A stretch of 64,000 nt of DNA from Nostoc sp. (GCA_036918135.1 JBALDB010000002.1:239633-303632), one strand, 5' to 3'; positions 32,737 to 42,964 are shown, numbered from the stretch's first letter. Numbers and translations are program-made. The notes: generated by a model not told the origin, from the sequence alone.

Positions 32737-34370
32737 ATGAAAAAGCTAGTCATTCTAAAATTTTATGGCAATTTTGAATTAGGATTTGAAGTAAATTCAG
32801 AATTTTAAAATGAAAGCGATCGCGGCGTTTATCGAACAGTTACAGCTAAGTTGCCTCAAAATATTAGTATTTTTGAATTCTTGACTAAGTTTCACAAGAC
32901 ATATTGTAGTCGATACGGTAAATTTAGGATTAAATCTAAGGGAAGTATTGGTGTCAATATTGAATCTTTAAATCAAGAATGTAGAGACCAATCAAAAAAT
33001 TTACTTGATAGCTTTAATCAATGGTTAAAATCACCGTATTTTAGTTCTATTGTCAATTTCATTAAAAAATTAGATACCCAAGATGAAGTCAGAATAATTA
33101 TTACAACATCTTGCCATGAATTACGTCAGCTTCCCTGGCATTTGTGGGATATTTTAAGAGACTTTCCATTAGTAGAAGTGGCTTTAAGTTCGCCTGATGC
33201 TGAACGTGGGGAAAGACCTTACAGAGAAAAGATTAGGATTTTAATTATTTTAGGCGATCGCACCGGAATTAACATAGACAAAGATAAACAATATTTGCAA
33301 AGTTTCTGTGGCAATGATGCCGAAATTATTTTAATCGATAACCCATCTCGTGAAAACTTAAATCATTACCTGCAAGATAATCTGGGGTGGGATATGTTGT
33401 TTTTCTCTGGACATTCCCAAACTCAAGGAATGCAGGGAAGGATTTATTTAAATGACAGTGATAGTTTGACGATGGCAGAATTAAGAGATGCTTTGCAAGT
33501 AGTGATTAAAAGACGATTGCAAATAGCGTTTTTTAATTCTTGCGATGGTTTAGGAATTGCTTACGAATTAGAACAATTGTATATTCCGCAAGTGATTGTC
33601 ATGCGCGAACCTGTACCTGATAAAGTAGCGCAGGAGTTTTTAAAGTATTTCCTCCAACAGTTTACTAGTGGGAAGTCTCTATATATTTCTGTCAAAAATG
33701 CGCGGTTGGAGTTAGAAAAACTTGAAGAGGAATTTCCTTGTGCTAGTTGGCTTCCTGTAATTGTCCAAAATCAGACAGAAACTCCACCGACTTGGCAAAG
33801 TTTGGGGATAATTTCTTTCTGTCCCTACCAAGGTTTAGAGAAATTTACAGAAGAAAAGGCAGAGTATTTTTTTGGCAGAAATCAGGCGACTTCTGGATTA
33901 GTTGCTGCTGTTAATAATAGACCTTTGGTTGCCGTTATTGGTGCCTCGGGAAGTGGGAAGTCATCGCTGGTGTTTGCTGGGTTAATTCCTCAGTTGCATA
34001 GGGATACTGTTAATAATTGGTTGATTCTATCGTTTCGGCCGGGGAAAATCCTTTTGAATCTTTGGCTGTGGCGTTAGTTTCGGCGTTAAATTTACTGGAA
34101 GATAAGCGACGTTTGGTAGAATTGGAAGTTGGTGTAAAATTGAAAGGCGATCGCTCCACGCTGCAAAATTTGATCGCAGACTTAACTCATGGCGATCGCC
34201 TTGGTGAAGACGTGACGCGAGTGCTGTTGATAGCAGACCAATTTGAAGAAATTTATACCCTTTGTACGGAATCTGAAGAACGCAAAACTTTCTTAGATAG
34301 TTTGCTGCAAGCGGTAAACAATGCACCGTTTTTGACGCTGGTGCTAACCTTGCGGGCAGATTTTTTAAGT
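32737..34370 (+). pseudogene. CHAT + STAND NTPase protein, disrupted
   Basis: ATG at 32737 (MKKLVILKF), in-frame TAA at 32806-32808, FFSGHS and FFNSCDG, CPYQGL, GASGSGKS, frameshift at ~34040, DQFEE; truncated after LRADFL. Confidence 0.8.
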
Positions 34371-34516
34371 CTAGCAAGGGTTTCATCTTTACAAGTGTGC
34401 CATTTACCCCTACACCCTTACACCCAGAAGCCTTATGAACTATGGATTTGCCGAAAATATGTGTGCCATTCGACGTTACGGTGCGACAGAGTTCTTTAGG
34501 TAGAGGTGAAGCCCTC

Positions 34517-35143
34517 TCAGCGAAGCCGACGCACAAAGTGGAGATCGAGCCCGGATAAAGGAGCGCCAACTTCGTGCATAGCACCGCCTACGGCAAGCGA
34601 CCCAAGATCGATCGCGACGAATCCAGTGCTGTCGATCAAGTCGATGACCAGCTGTTTTGCTTCGGTGTCGTCGCCGGATGTGAAGATAACGGTACGGGGT
34701 TTGTTCGGCGAAAAGTCCTGTATCCATTCCATCGGTATGTTGCTGATCGATTTGACAAGCCTTGCGCCGACCGCCATCTCAGCAACTATCTCGCTTGAGG
34801 TACGCCCCTTCAATGCCGCCCGCGATCTGGTAACGCCAGCCAGACTGATGTCTGGAACAGGGTCCATATGCGCGTTCGTCGCGTCAATCAGGATGCGGCC
34901 TCGCCAATCAATGCCTTTGAGAGCATCAGCCACACTAACCCACCTCGTGGCAAGAATGACGACATCGCATTCGGCTGCCTGCTGCTTCGTCCCTGCGGTC
35001 ACGCCTGAACCAAGATCGGCGACAAAATCAGCCAGTGTCTCCGGACCTCTGGAATTGGATACAACGATGGTGTGACCAGCGCTTATCAAGTGACGGCCGA
35101 ATGTGCCTGTTACGGTTCCGGCTCCTATGAAACCTATTTTCAT
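34517..35143 (-). CDS. NADPH-dependent F420 reductase-like oxidoreductase
   Basis: MKIGFIGAGTV, SNSRGP, LIDATN, SGDD..AK, IDLGSL. Confidence 0.85.
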   Translation of the reverse strand: MKIGFIGAGTVTGTFGRHLISAGHTIVVSNSRGPETLADFVADLGSGVTAGTKQQAAECDVVILATRWVSVADALKGIDWRGRILIDATNAHMDPVPDISLAGVTRSRAALKGRTSSEIVAEMAVGARLVKSISNIPMEWIQDFSPNKPRTVIFTSGDDTEAKQLVIDLIDSTGFVAIDLGSLAVGGAMHEVGAPLSGLDLHFVRRLR

Positions 35144-35204
35144 AACATATGTCCTAGCTCGGTTGGATTTGCGAAAGAGTATGCACTTGAACTGACTGCT
35201 GCAA

Positions 35205-35813
35205 TCAGCCCAGTTTAGCCAGATTCTGAAACAGAAGAGCGCCAGGGCGACCGCCCAGAACGTGAAGGAGTACGCCGCCTCGATCGAGCCTTCCGAGTTC
35301 GATTGGAGCGAAACCAAGCTGAGTCGCCACGGCCCCAACAGCTGCGCTAGCGTCTGCATCATTGCTAGATACGAAGATCGCCTGTCGCTGCCCCTTTACG
35401 GCAGGATTGGTTCCCAACTGTTTCGCAGGCAAGTGATTGAAGGCCTTAACTAAGCGCGCGCCGACAAACGCCTTCTCCACAACTTCGGAAGAAAGTAGCC
35501 CTCCTAGCTCCTTCCGCTCCTCCGGAGAAAGATCAAGGGTATTCATAGCGTCGACAACGATCTTGCCGTCCCACTGCTTGAATTGCTTCGCTACATCCTT
35601 GTAAGCGGGAAAGGGGACAGCAAGGAAAATCATCTCAGCCTTATAAGCGTCTTGAAGGGATTGGGGAACGACGCTCGAACCGAGCTCTTTTGCCAAAGAC
35701 GCAAGCGTTGCTGGTCCACGGGAGTTTGCGATTGCGACTTCGATGTTCTTGTGTGCAAACAGGCGTGCAAGAGCGGTACCGATCTGGCCGGAACCAATAA
35801 TGGCGTATTTCAT
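35205..35813 (-). CDS. NADPH-dependent F420 reductase-like oxidoreductase (paralog)
   Basis: MKYAIIGSGQIG, ANSRGP, VDAMN, VKAFNHL; AAGGAG RBS. Confidence 0.85.
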   Translation of the reverse strand: MKYAIIGSGQIGTALARLFAHKNIEVAIANSRGPATLASLAKELGSSVVPQSLQDAYKAEMIFLAVPFPAYKDVAKQFKQWDGKIVVDAMNTLDLSPEERKELGGLLSSEVVEKAFVGARLVKAFNHLPAKQLGTNPAVKGQRQAIFVSSNDADASAAVGAVATQLGFAPIELGRLDRGGVLLHVLGGRPGALLFQNLAKLG

Positions 35814-35921
35814 AGAGAATCTCCTTTAAGTAAATTGTTGAGAGAACTGTTTTCAGACCTAACACAGAGCGCAGGCCCTGTCCTTCATCCTCTACTGCTC
35901 GCCGGACCTCGTCCTCGGCCC

Positions 35922-36671
35922 TTAGACTTGGCCGATGCCCCCGTCGTCCATCAGATCCGCACCTGTCATGTAGGAACTCTGGTCGGACGCCAAAAAGACT
36001 GCCGCGCTAGCGAGCTCCTCGGCGCGAGCAAGTCGGCCGAGCGGGATCATGTTCAGGTACATGTTCACCAGAGACTCGCGCTCTTCAGGGGTTGACGACT
36101 GAGAGTCGAGAATCGGGGTGTCAGTTACACCAGGGCTGAGCGTGTTGACGCGGATGCCGCGACCCTTGAATTCCGCAGCCCAGGTACGGGCATAAGAACG
36201 CAATGCTGCCTTGGTCGCCGCGTAGGCAGTATGGCCAGGAATGCCCATGACGTGCATGGCCGACCCGACCAAAACGATCGACCCACCACCGATCATCAGC
36301 GGCAGCAGCTTCTGCACCAGGAAGACGGGGGCTTTGGCGTTGAGGTTGAATGTCTTGTCGAAATGATCGGGTGTGAGGGAGTCGATCAAAGCCTGCTCCG
36401 TCAAGCCCGCGTTCGACACGATGATGTCGACGATACCCTTTTGGGCCCTTATTGCCGCAGCCATACGGTCGAGGTCATCAAGGTTCGTGACATCTCCCTG
36501 AATGGCCGTCACATTCTTTGCGATCAGCGCTGTCGCCTTATCCAACTCCGCTTGGCGACGCCCTGTGATGAAAACATAGGCCCCTTCCTTTACAAAGCGC
36601 TTAGCCGTAGCCAAGCCGATCCCACTGTTACCTCCTGTGATGACAGCTACCTTGCCTTCAAGTGCACCCAT
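35922..36671 (-). CDS. Short-chain dehydrogenase/reductase
   Basis: TGGNSGIG, SNAG, YAATK, VNTLSPG; AAGGAG RBS. Confidence 0.92.
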   Translation of the reverse strand: MGALEGKVAVITGGNSGIGLATAKRFVKEGAYVFITGRRQAELDKATALIAKNVTAIQGDVTNLDDLDRMAAAIRAQKGIVDIIVSNAGLTEQALIDSLTPDHFDKTFNLNAKAPVFLVQKLLPLMIGGGSIVLVGSAMHVMGIPGHTAYAATKAALRSYARTWAAEFKGRGIRVNTLSPGVTDTPILDSQSSTPEERESLVNMYLNMIPLGRLARAEELASAAVFLASDQSSYMTGADLMDDGGIGQV

Positions 36672-36904
36672 AGACTTCTCCTTCGATCATTCCTATCATA
36701 TATTATATATGGAACAATCATTACAGATGTAGTGCGAGGCGGAACGGATTCAAGATTTTGGACTCTAATAGCGGTTCTTAATCGGAAGCAATACAGTAGC
36801 AGCAGTGAGTAAACCAGTTAATAATGTCCTGGATGGTGATGGCATCAAGAGCATCAGTGATTGCTCGATCGAGCTGTGCAGATGAGAATTGCTATAATAG
36901 GGGC

Positions 36905-37522
36905 GTGGCGAGCAAAAGCAAGAAAACAGGGAACGGAAAGACTGGACGACCGATCGGCTTCGATAAGGACGCAGCCTTAGAGGCCGCAATGCTACTTTTT
37001 TGGGAGCGGGGCTTTGAAGGCACTTCTATGGCCGACCTTATACAGGCGATGGGCCTCAATCCCTCAAGCATCTATGCAGCCTTCGGTGACAAGCACGCCT
37101 TGTTCTCACTTGCAGTGAAGCGCTATTTGGAAAGTCGAGTGCAGTACGCAACGGAAGCGTTGAAGGAGCCGACTCTCGAAAAGGTTATCCGCGCGCTCTT
37201 CGACAATACGGTTGCGTTCCTCACCACACCTGGCCATCCGCCGACCTGTATGACGCTGGTGGGGGCGATGGGTTGCAGTGTAGACGCTACCCCTGCCAGA
37301 GATCTGATGACGGAAATACGGAGACAAAACGAAGTCGCCATCAGGGAGCGCCTTCTCGAAGCTCGAAAAAGCGGAGAGTTGTCGAAGGAGATCGATGTGG
37401 ACGACTACACTCGGTATCTCTCAACGATACTCGCCGGTCTCTCTATTCAAGCAGCGAACGGTTCGACGAAGGCTGAACTGAAGCGGACTTCCCAGATGGC
37501 CCTTCGGCATCTGGGTTACTGA
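36905..37522 (+). CDS. TetR/AcrR family transcriptional regulator
   Basis: GRPIGFD..FWERGFEGTSMADL..MGLNPSSIYAAFGDK HTH; divergent from the oxidoreductase operon; start uncertain. Confidence 0.9.
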   Translation: MASKSKKTGNGKTGRPIGFDKDAALEAAMLLFWERGFEGTSMADLIQAMGLNPSSIYAAFGDKHALFSLAVKRYLESRVQYATEALKEPTLEKVIRALFDNTVAFLTTPGHPPTCMTLVGAMGCSVDATPARDLMTEIRRQNEVAIRERLLEARKSGELSKEIDVDDYTRYLSTILAGLSIQAANGSTKAELKRTSQMALRHLGY

Positions 37523-37894
37523 TACTTGTGGTCTGCTGCTGGACGGGCTGGAGAGCAGGGAAAACGCATCTTATTTACTAATAAAAATTGAAGACGGTTT
37601 CAAAATGATATAGATTATTGCAAAAATTCCGAAAATCATCAACAAAATAAATCAATAAAACTTCCAAACTCTGAATTGACTTATCGAAATCTGAATCATA
37701 TTTGTTAATAGTAAAATAAACTCATTAATTAAGTATATAAACCTATGTTTATCTGGAGAGAAAGTGATACTTTCCCATCAAAGGCTAAATCAAAGTTTTA
37801 ATATACTTTATTTAGCTAACTCTAAAACTCTTGCTAAATAGTTGTATCCATTGCAGCAAGGAACTATTTATTTTTTACTCCACGTTTAACACTT

Positions 37895-38055
37895 ACCTTG
37901 GTTCTGTTTTAACGTAATAATGTAATCTGCTTCTTTTTTGGCAATTAATTTGACAATCTCTTTTTGACATCCTATAGCATCTATAGTCACAATACAACCA
38001 GATAATTCTAAAACTTTGATTAGTTCAGAGATTGCCGTAATTTCATTTGATTTTC
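37895..38055 (-). pseudogene. ISAs1 (H-repeat) family transposase fragment
   Basis: Minus strand reads KSNEITAISELIKVLELSGCIVTIDAIGCQKEI, then after a frameshift ADYIITLKQNQG. Confidence 0.8.
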
Positions 38056-38404
38056 ACGCTTTTGTAGCTTCATTCTTCTTTAAGAATGAGAATATCATTT
38101 TGTGCGATCGCTCTGTTAACTCTTTATAGCGATCGCTTACCATACCCCTATCTGTTAATCCTATTCTCATTCAATCACAGTTGTTGAGAATAGGTGCTTT
38201 AAAACCTTATTTTTCCGATGTTTCCATACTGAAGGTGAAAAGTTAGGTTCTTTGACAGGCAGCCGATGGCTGCCTTGAACTCCCCCTTATAATGATTATC
38301 ATTACTAGAAGTTGAGATGTTTAATTTTCTCAAAGCCTTATCTAGTTGCGCTCTTGGCGTATTCCACTCTTATTCAAGCTCGTCAATATTTAGATGCGTT
38401 TGCC

Positions 38405-38687
38405 CTGGCTCAATCACGCCCTAAACTCAATTTAAATTCACCTTCAAATAATCATGAATCAGTACATCTCTAAAACCAGCTACTTGCTGCCAAGGTACAT
38501 CTGGGTAAACTGCTCTGATTTCGGGAGATAACCGCTTCGTTGCTTACCCAATAATTTCAAAATTTCTAATTACCGCATCTTGAATTATTGTGGTTTGCAA
38601 AAATACCTCTTTGCCATCACGAGTATAAAATTCTATGCGCTTGATACATTCAAAGATGTTGCTCAAGTACAGCCGGTCGTCTCTCAT
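38405..38687 (-). pseudogene. HEPN/HepT (DUF86) RNase toxin with nonsense codons
   Basis: MRDDRLYL..QDAVIRNFEIIG*ATKRL..PWQQVAGFRDVLIHDY..N*V*; R-x4-H motif present; first stop at 38544-38546. Confidence 0.85.
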
Positions 38688-38974
38688 AACGCCACAGCTT
38701 CCCGCAACACTTTATCTCTAATCAACTCATGTAAAGTTTCTACTTCAGTTACATCCACTTTACGTCCTAGCAATTCTTCTAAAGACTGCATCAAAGCAAT
38801 TTGGTCTAGCAAAGTTCGTCGTGGTTCAAGTTCCACCAGAAAATCTACATTACTGTCTAGTCTTGCTTCTCCTCTGGCCACAGAACCAAACACCCGGACA
38901 TTATACGCTCTGTACAAAGCTGCAATTCTCAAAATTTCTTCCCGATAAGCTTTAAGTATTTCATCAATGCCCAT
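38684..38974 (-). CDS. Minimal nucleotidyltransferase (MNT) antitoxin
   Basis: VFGSVARGEA..SNVDFLVE, LEELLGRKVDV; ATGA overlap with the HEPN gene. Confidence 0.85.
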   Translation of the reverse strand: MGIDEILKAYREEILRIAALYRAYNVRVFGSVARGEARLDSNVDFLVELEPRRTLLDQIALMQSLEELLGRKVDVTEVETLHELIRDKVLREAVAL

Positions 38975-39034
38975 AGCCTAACCCAAAATGATTTCAACAA
39001 ATCTCTACCTCTAGCTTGACATTTTCAGGCATCT

Positions 39035-39235
39035 TCATCCTCTTTCAGTAAACTCATCCCAAGTCGCACCAAGCTGAACACCAATTTCATAAGGCAAAAC
39101 ATTTATAGTCGCAGCACTATCTACTAACCCAACGACTTCAACAAATCCATTATTACTACGAAGAATAAGTGGAATTCTTGGCAAACTATCAAACTCATTT
39201 TGTGATGGGTTATTTGTTGAGTATTTGAATCGCAT
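39035..39235 (-). pseudogene. Truncated retropepsin-like (clan AA) protein
   Basis: GLVDSAATINVLP motif; ends after 66 aa. Confidence 0.5.
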
Positions 39236-39240
39236 ACTGT

Positions 39241-39453
39241 TTAATCAGTCTCGTCAGCTTGTTTCATTACTTGCATTAGAACTTCTCTTACACCAAAAGT
39301 CTCGTAAGGTGTTGGTAAGTAGTAAGTTTTGTGTGGTTCCAAAGGAGAAATATCGTCGCCAGTTTCTAATTCTGACGCGAGAATACGCATTAATTCTACT
39401 TTATCTGCAACACCAAGCTGTCGAATGGCACTAAGTATTTCTGTTAATGTCAT
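39241..39453 (-). CDS. Small hypothetical protein (antitoxin-like partner)
   Basis: 70 aa, directly upstream of the retropepsin-like ORF. Confidence 0.5.
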   Translation of the reverse strand: MTLTEILSAIRQLGVADKVELMRILASELETGDDISPLEPHKTYYLPTPYETFGVREVLMQVMKQADETD

Positions 39454-39506
39454 TTTTCTTTGCTCGTAGGGATTTTATCTGCACGATTATCTCAATAATA
39501 ACCGGG

Positions 39507-39554
39507 ATGTCAACGCAGAAGATAGACATTTGTGTGACGACATCAAGCGTTGAG
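39507..39554 (+). repeat. 48-bp direct repeat, copy A
   Basis: ATGTCAACGCAGAAGATAGACATTTGTGTGACGACATCAAGCGTTGAG; 3 mismatches to copy B. Confidence 0.9.
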
Positions 39555-39917
39555 CTTCGTTAGCCGCACCATACCACCATCAATAACTTGTATATTTAAC
39601 TCATAACCTTCCATTAACGACATTCCAACAAGCGGATCGGAATCAGCTTCATCAATAGGAATTGTTAAAAGTTGCCCATCCCAAAGTACCGTAGCCTCGT
39701 AAATGTCAAAAATACTTTCACTACCATCTGCCAATAAAGCTCGTCCGCGTCTTTTCCAATTAAGCCCTAGCACCGTAATAATATCTGGAGGTAAAGAAAG
39801 CCAACCATCAAAACCCGTATCTATAACTGCATCTCGCTTATAAACCCTTCCATTAGAATCGTGAATAGCTACGCGAATAATTGGTTCATAGTCCCCATTA
39901 ACTCGTTCAATAATCAT
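39543..39917 (-). CDS. Clan AA aspartic protease (single-domain retropepsin-like)
   Basis: AVIDTGFDGWLSLP, LADG, LVGMSLM. Confidence 0.85.
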   Translation of the reverse strand: MIIERVNGDYEPIIRVAIHDSNGRVYKRDAVIDTGFDGWLSLPPDIITVLGLNWKRRGRALLADGSESIFDIYEATVLWDGQLLTIPIDEADSDPLVGMSLMEGYELNIQVIDGGMVRLTKLNA

Positions 39918-40210
39918 GCTGTTTTTGCTTTTTGACTGCGACTTGCGCTAAATCGACGCACATAACGAGAACCAACTTTTATAATCCAAATCTGTGCATT
40001 TGGGTAACGTTTTTCCAGACGAGAACAAGCAGAAATTTCATCATCATCTATTTCCCATGCACCCGTAACAATATCAATAGCAACTATTTTGCCACTACTA
40101 TCAGATTGCAACTGGGCAGATTGCAACTGGGGATAAATATCGCGTTGATAAATCTCATCGCCCAGCCTGGCAAATTCTTCTTTACTATATTGCGGTTGTC
40201 CAAGAGACAT
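39914..40210 (-). CDS. Small partner protein of the clan AA protease (DUF5678-like)
   Basis: YSKEEFARLGDEIY..GKIVAIDIVTG; ATGA overlap with the protease gene. Confidence 0.65.
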   Translation of the reverse strand: MSLGQPQYSKEEFARLGDEIYQRDIYPQLQSAQLQSDSSGKIVAIDIVTGAWEIDDDEISACSRLEKRYPNAQIWIIKVGSRYVRRFSASRSQKAKTA

Positions 40211-40284
40211 AATTTTGCATTACCGTTTTTCTGATCTTAGCCTGAAACCTTTATACTTATGTTGTTGGGTCATGCCTTCTGTAA

Positions 40285-40332
40285 ATGTCAACGTAGAAGA
40301 TAGACATTTGTATGACTACATCAAGCGTTGAG
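40285..40332 (+). repeat. 48-bp direct repeat, copy B
   Basis: ATGTCAACGTAGAAGATAGACATTTGTATGACTACATCAAGCGTTGAG. Confidence 0.9.
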
Positions 40333-40394
40333 GGTTAACAGCCATGTCAATTCCACCAAAATAAATACAACCTTGACACATCACACCCCAAATA

Positions 40395-40460
40395 ATGACA
40401 GACCAGTAATTACTAGAACGTATAGTCCTCAATCCAAAAGTGCTAGCAGGAAAGCCTTGA
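40395..40460 (+). pseudogene. DUF433 antitoxin N-terminal remnant
   Basis: MTDQ*LLERIVLNPKVLAGKP*. Confidence 0.65.
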
Positions 40461-40613
40461 ATATTTTTAATTCAAACTTATAGCGCGGGCATATTGCCCG
40501 CTTTTTTAGGAAAAAATCTCTTTATGTAAAAATTTAAAATGCGTAAATACATCATTGTTTGCTCGTAAACATAATCAAAGGCATTCAAACAAAGCAAATA
40601 GAAGTTTACGATT

Positions 40614-41516
40614 ATGACATCCTCATACATTCGCAGCATCTTTTTCACTACATTAGGTTTTAGCAGCAGCGTTTTACTAAACCTCAATACACCAGGTTTC
40701 GCGCAAGCAACAATTCCATTACCATCACTTTCAACTACTACAAATCCTTCAACCTTTCTCCCACGAGTACAATCTAAAAATACTAACTTACAATGGGTTT
40801 ACAGTGTAGCAGAAAGAGTGATTCGTGCTAATGGACTTGACGATCATCCCTGGCGCTTGCAAATCACTGATGAATATAATATCAATGCCTACGCAGATGA
40901 GTTAAACAAAATCGTAATTTATAAAGGCTTGTTAGACCAAATACATGGCGATGATGCAGCTTTAGCTTTTATTATCAGTCATGAATTAGCCCACCATACA
41001 CAACAGCATTCCGCACAGCAAGAAGAAGCAGAAGCTAGTTTACAAGAAAAATTACTCCAAGAAGCAGAAGCAGAATATAACAATTGGATTGTACAAGAAC
41101 GGAGAAAATCGAAAACTCCCATATCAGCCGCTACAAAAGATGTCATCAAACAACGAATTATTATCCAGAAAAAACAAGAGTTTGAGAGAACCATGCAAGC
41201 ATTAAGTCGCCAGCATGAATTTCAAGCCGATGAAATTGGTTACACGTATATGATTAAAGCTGGTTATGATATAAATGGAGGTTTGCGAGTCTTGAATCTG
41301 TTTTCGCGTTTCCCTTCAGACTACACAGAAATTAGCAGCCATCCACCGACAAAACAAAGAATCAATGCTTTAAAGCAGGTAATGAATCAATATTTTTGGT
41401 TCGCTTTATGGATAGATGGCAATGAGCGATTAAAAAATAATTCTCAACCACTAAAATTAGATTTATCGGAAGATGGAGTATCTTTGCAAATCAACTCCAG
41501 ATTTGTTTTACAATAA
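40614..41516 (+). CDS. M48 family metallopeptidase, secreted
   Basis: Signal-like N-terminus, INAYA, SHELAH, EFQAD, SHPPT..RI. Confidence 0.88.
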   Translation: MTSSYIRSIFFTTLGFSSSVLLNLNTPGFAQATIPLPSLSTTTNPSTFLPRVQSKNTNLQWVYSVAERVIRANGLDDHPWRLQITDEYNINAYADELNKIVIYKGLLDQIHGDDAALAFIISHELAHHTQQHSAQQEEAEASLQEKLLQEAEAEYNNWIVQERRKSKTPISAATKDVIKQRIIIQKKQEFERTMQALSRQHEFQADEIGYTYMIKAGYDINGGLRVLNLFSRFPSDYTEISSHPPTKQRINALKQVMNQYFWFALWIDGNERLKNNSQPLKLDLSEDGVSLQINSRFVLQ

Positions 41517-41603
41517 ATATCACTGCATATGCTTTTCAGGTACGTTACGCGATCGCAATGACGCAATTTCGTCACGGTGCGTAAGTTCTTGTTGTTAGGA
41601 AAA

Positions 41604-42866
41604 TCAACTGGAGGGTTTCCAGCCTGCTAGTAAATTGGGGTAAGCCACGGGTGTAGGAAAGATTTTTTGGAAAGTAGTTTGACGCTCTTGGGGCTTTTCT
41701 TGGCTCATATTCCAGAGAGTTTCATAGAAAAAGAAAGAAACTCCAGCAAAATTGCGATCGCGTACTTTTTGCACTTGTGTCTGTACTTGTTGCATCGGCA
41801 CAAATTTGTTTTTCAAACCAACCATAATACCAATACTTACTGGAATATGTTTCTTTGCAGCTTTGACCTCTGGATACTCTAATTCCCTGACAAAAACATT
41901 CAAATCATCCCGATAAATTTGCAAAACCAAATCTTCAATAATTCCCATTCGTTCCCACTTCTGCCAATCTGCTAAAAAGAAGTCGTAGGAGAAACGCTGA
42001 GGATTGGGTGCAACGGAGACGAGGCAATCTTTTTTAGTGGCTTTGATGGCTTTAAATACCCGCTTTGTGAAGTCGGTGATTTTGTTTGCTCTCCAGCGCA
42101 CCCATTCGGGATCTTGCGGGTTTTTTGAGGGCGCTTTGCCTCGATGTTCTTTTTTGTAAAGTGCCACTGTGTAAGTATCGTATCCCAATATAGATGGTAA
42201 ACCGAAATGGTCATCAAATTGAATGCCGTCAATGTCGTAGTTTCTGACGATTTCAATGATTAAATCTTGAATGAATTGTTGTACTTCTGGGCGAAAAGGA
42301 TTTAGCCAAACGCGGTTATGTATGCCTTCTTTAACAATCCGCGTCCCATCACTGCGACTGGTGAGCCACTGAGGGCGATTTTTAGCTAATAAAGAATCAG
42401 CTGGAGCCATAAAGCCAAATTCAAACCAGGGAATCACTGTTAACCCTTGTTGATGTCCTACATTGACAATTTCTTTGAGGATATCTCGCCCTTGCAGTCC
42501 GGGTGTGGGGTCGATCGCTCGCCCAATTACTTTGGCTGCAACTTTGCTAGGATACAATGTATACCCCCAATTCCAAACTGCCGGATACACGGTGTTAAAA
42601 TTGAGTTCATCGAGGCGTTGCAAAGATCCCTTGAGGCGATCGCGCTCAAATAACACATCACTATCAATATTTGTTAACCACACTCCCCTTAACTCAGACG
42701 CAGGTAATCTCTGAGGAATAGTTTGAGCATTTAAGGGCAACGATAATATCACTGTAGTTACCACACTTAAGGTAACCATCACGAAAAATAACCCTGACTT
42801 TCGACTTTGGCGAATATTCCAGCAACAATCAAACTCAACACACCACTTTACTAACCTTTTCATCAT
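41604..42866 (-). CDS. Glycoside hydrolase-like family 10 (DUF187) protein
   Basis: ELRGVWLT, PWFEFG, YDIDGIQFDDHF. Confidence 0.85.
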   Translation of the reverse strand: MMKRLVKWCVEFDCCWNIRQSRKSGLFFVMVTLSVVTTVILSLPLNAQTIPQRLPASELRGVWLTNIDSDVLFERDRLKGSLQRLDELNFNTVYPAVWNWGYTLYPSKVAAKVIGRAIDPTPGLQGRDILKEIVNVGHQQGLTVIPWFEFGFMAPADSLLAKNRPQWLTSRSDGTRIVKEGIHNRVWLNPFRPEVQQFIQDLIIEIVRNYDIDGIQFDDHFGLPSILGYDTYTVALYKKEHRGKAPSKNPQDPEWVRWRANKITDFTKRVFKAIKATKKDCLVSVAPNPQRFSYDFFLADWQKWERMGIIEDLVLQIYRDDLNVFVRELEYPEVKAAKKHIPVSIGIMVGLKNKFVPMQQVQTQVQKVRDRNFAGVSFFFYETLWNMSQEKPQERQTTFQKIFPTPVAYPNLLAGWKPSS

Positions 42867-42964
42867 CTACCACAGGTACAATCGAATTATCGTTTTGATT
42901 GTATGCTCTAAAACAATCGCTAGTAAAAGGGACTGAGGCACTCAAGTTCCCCAGTCCCTATTCA

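Noticed and set aside
34027..37476. Many overlapping alternative ORFs (e.g. 34506-35075, 35583-36095, 36231-36812)
   Set aside because: They are antisense shadows of real genes in GC-rich DNA and show no motifs.
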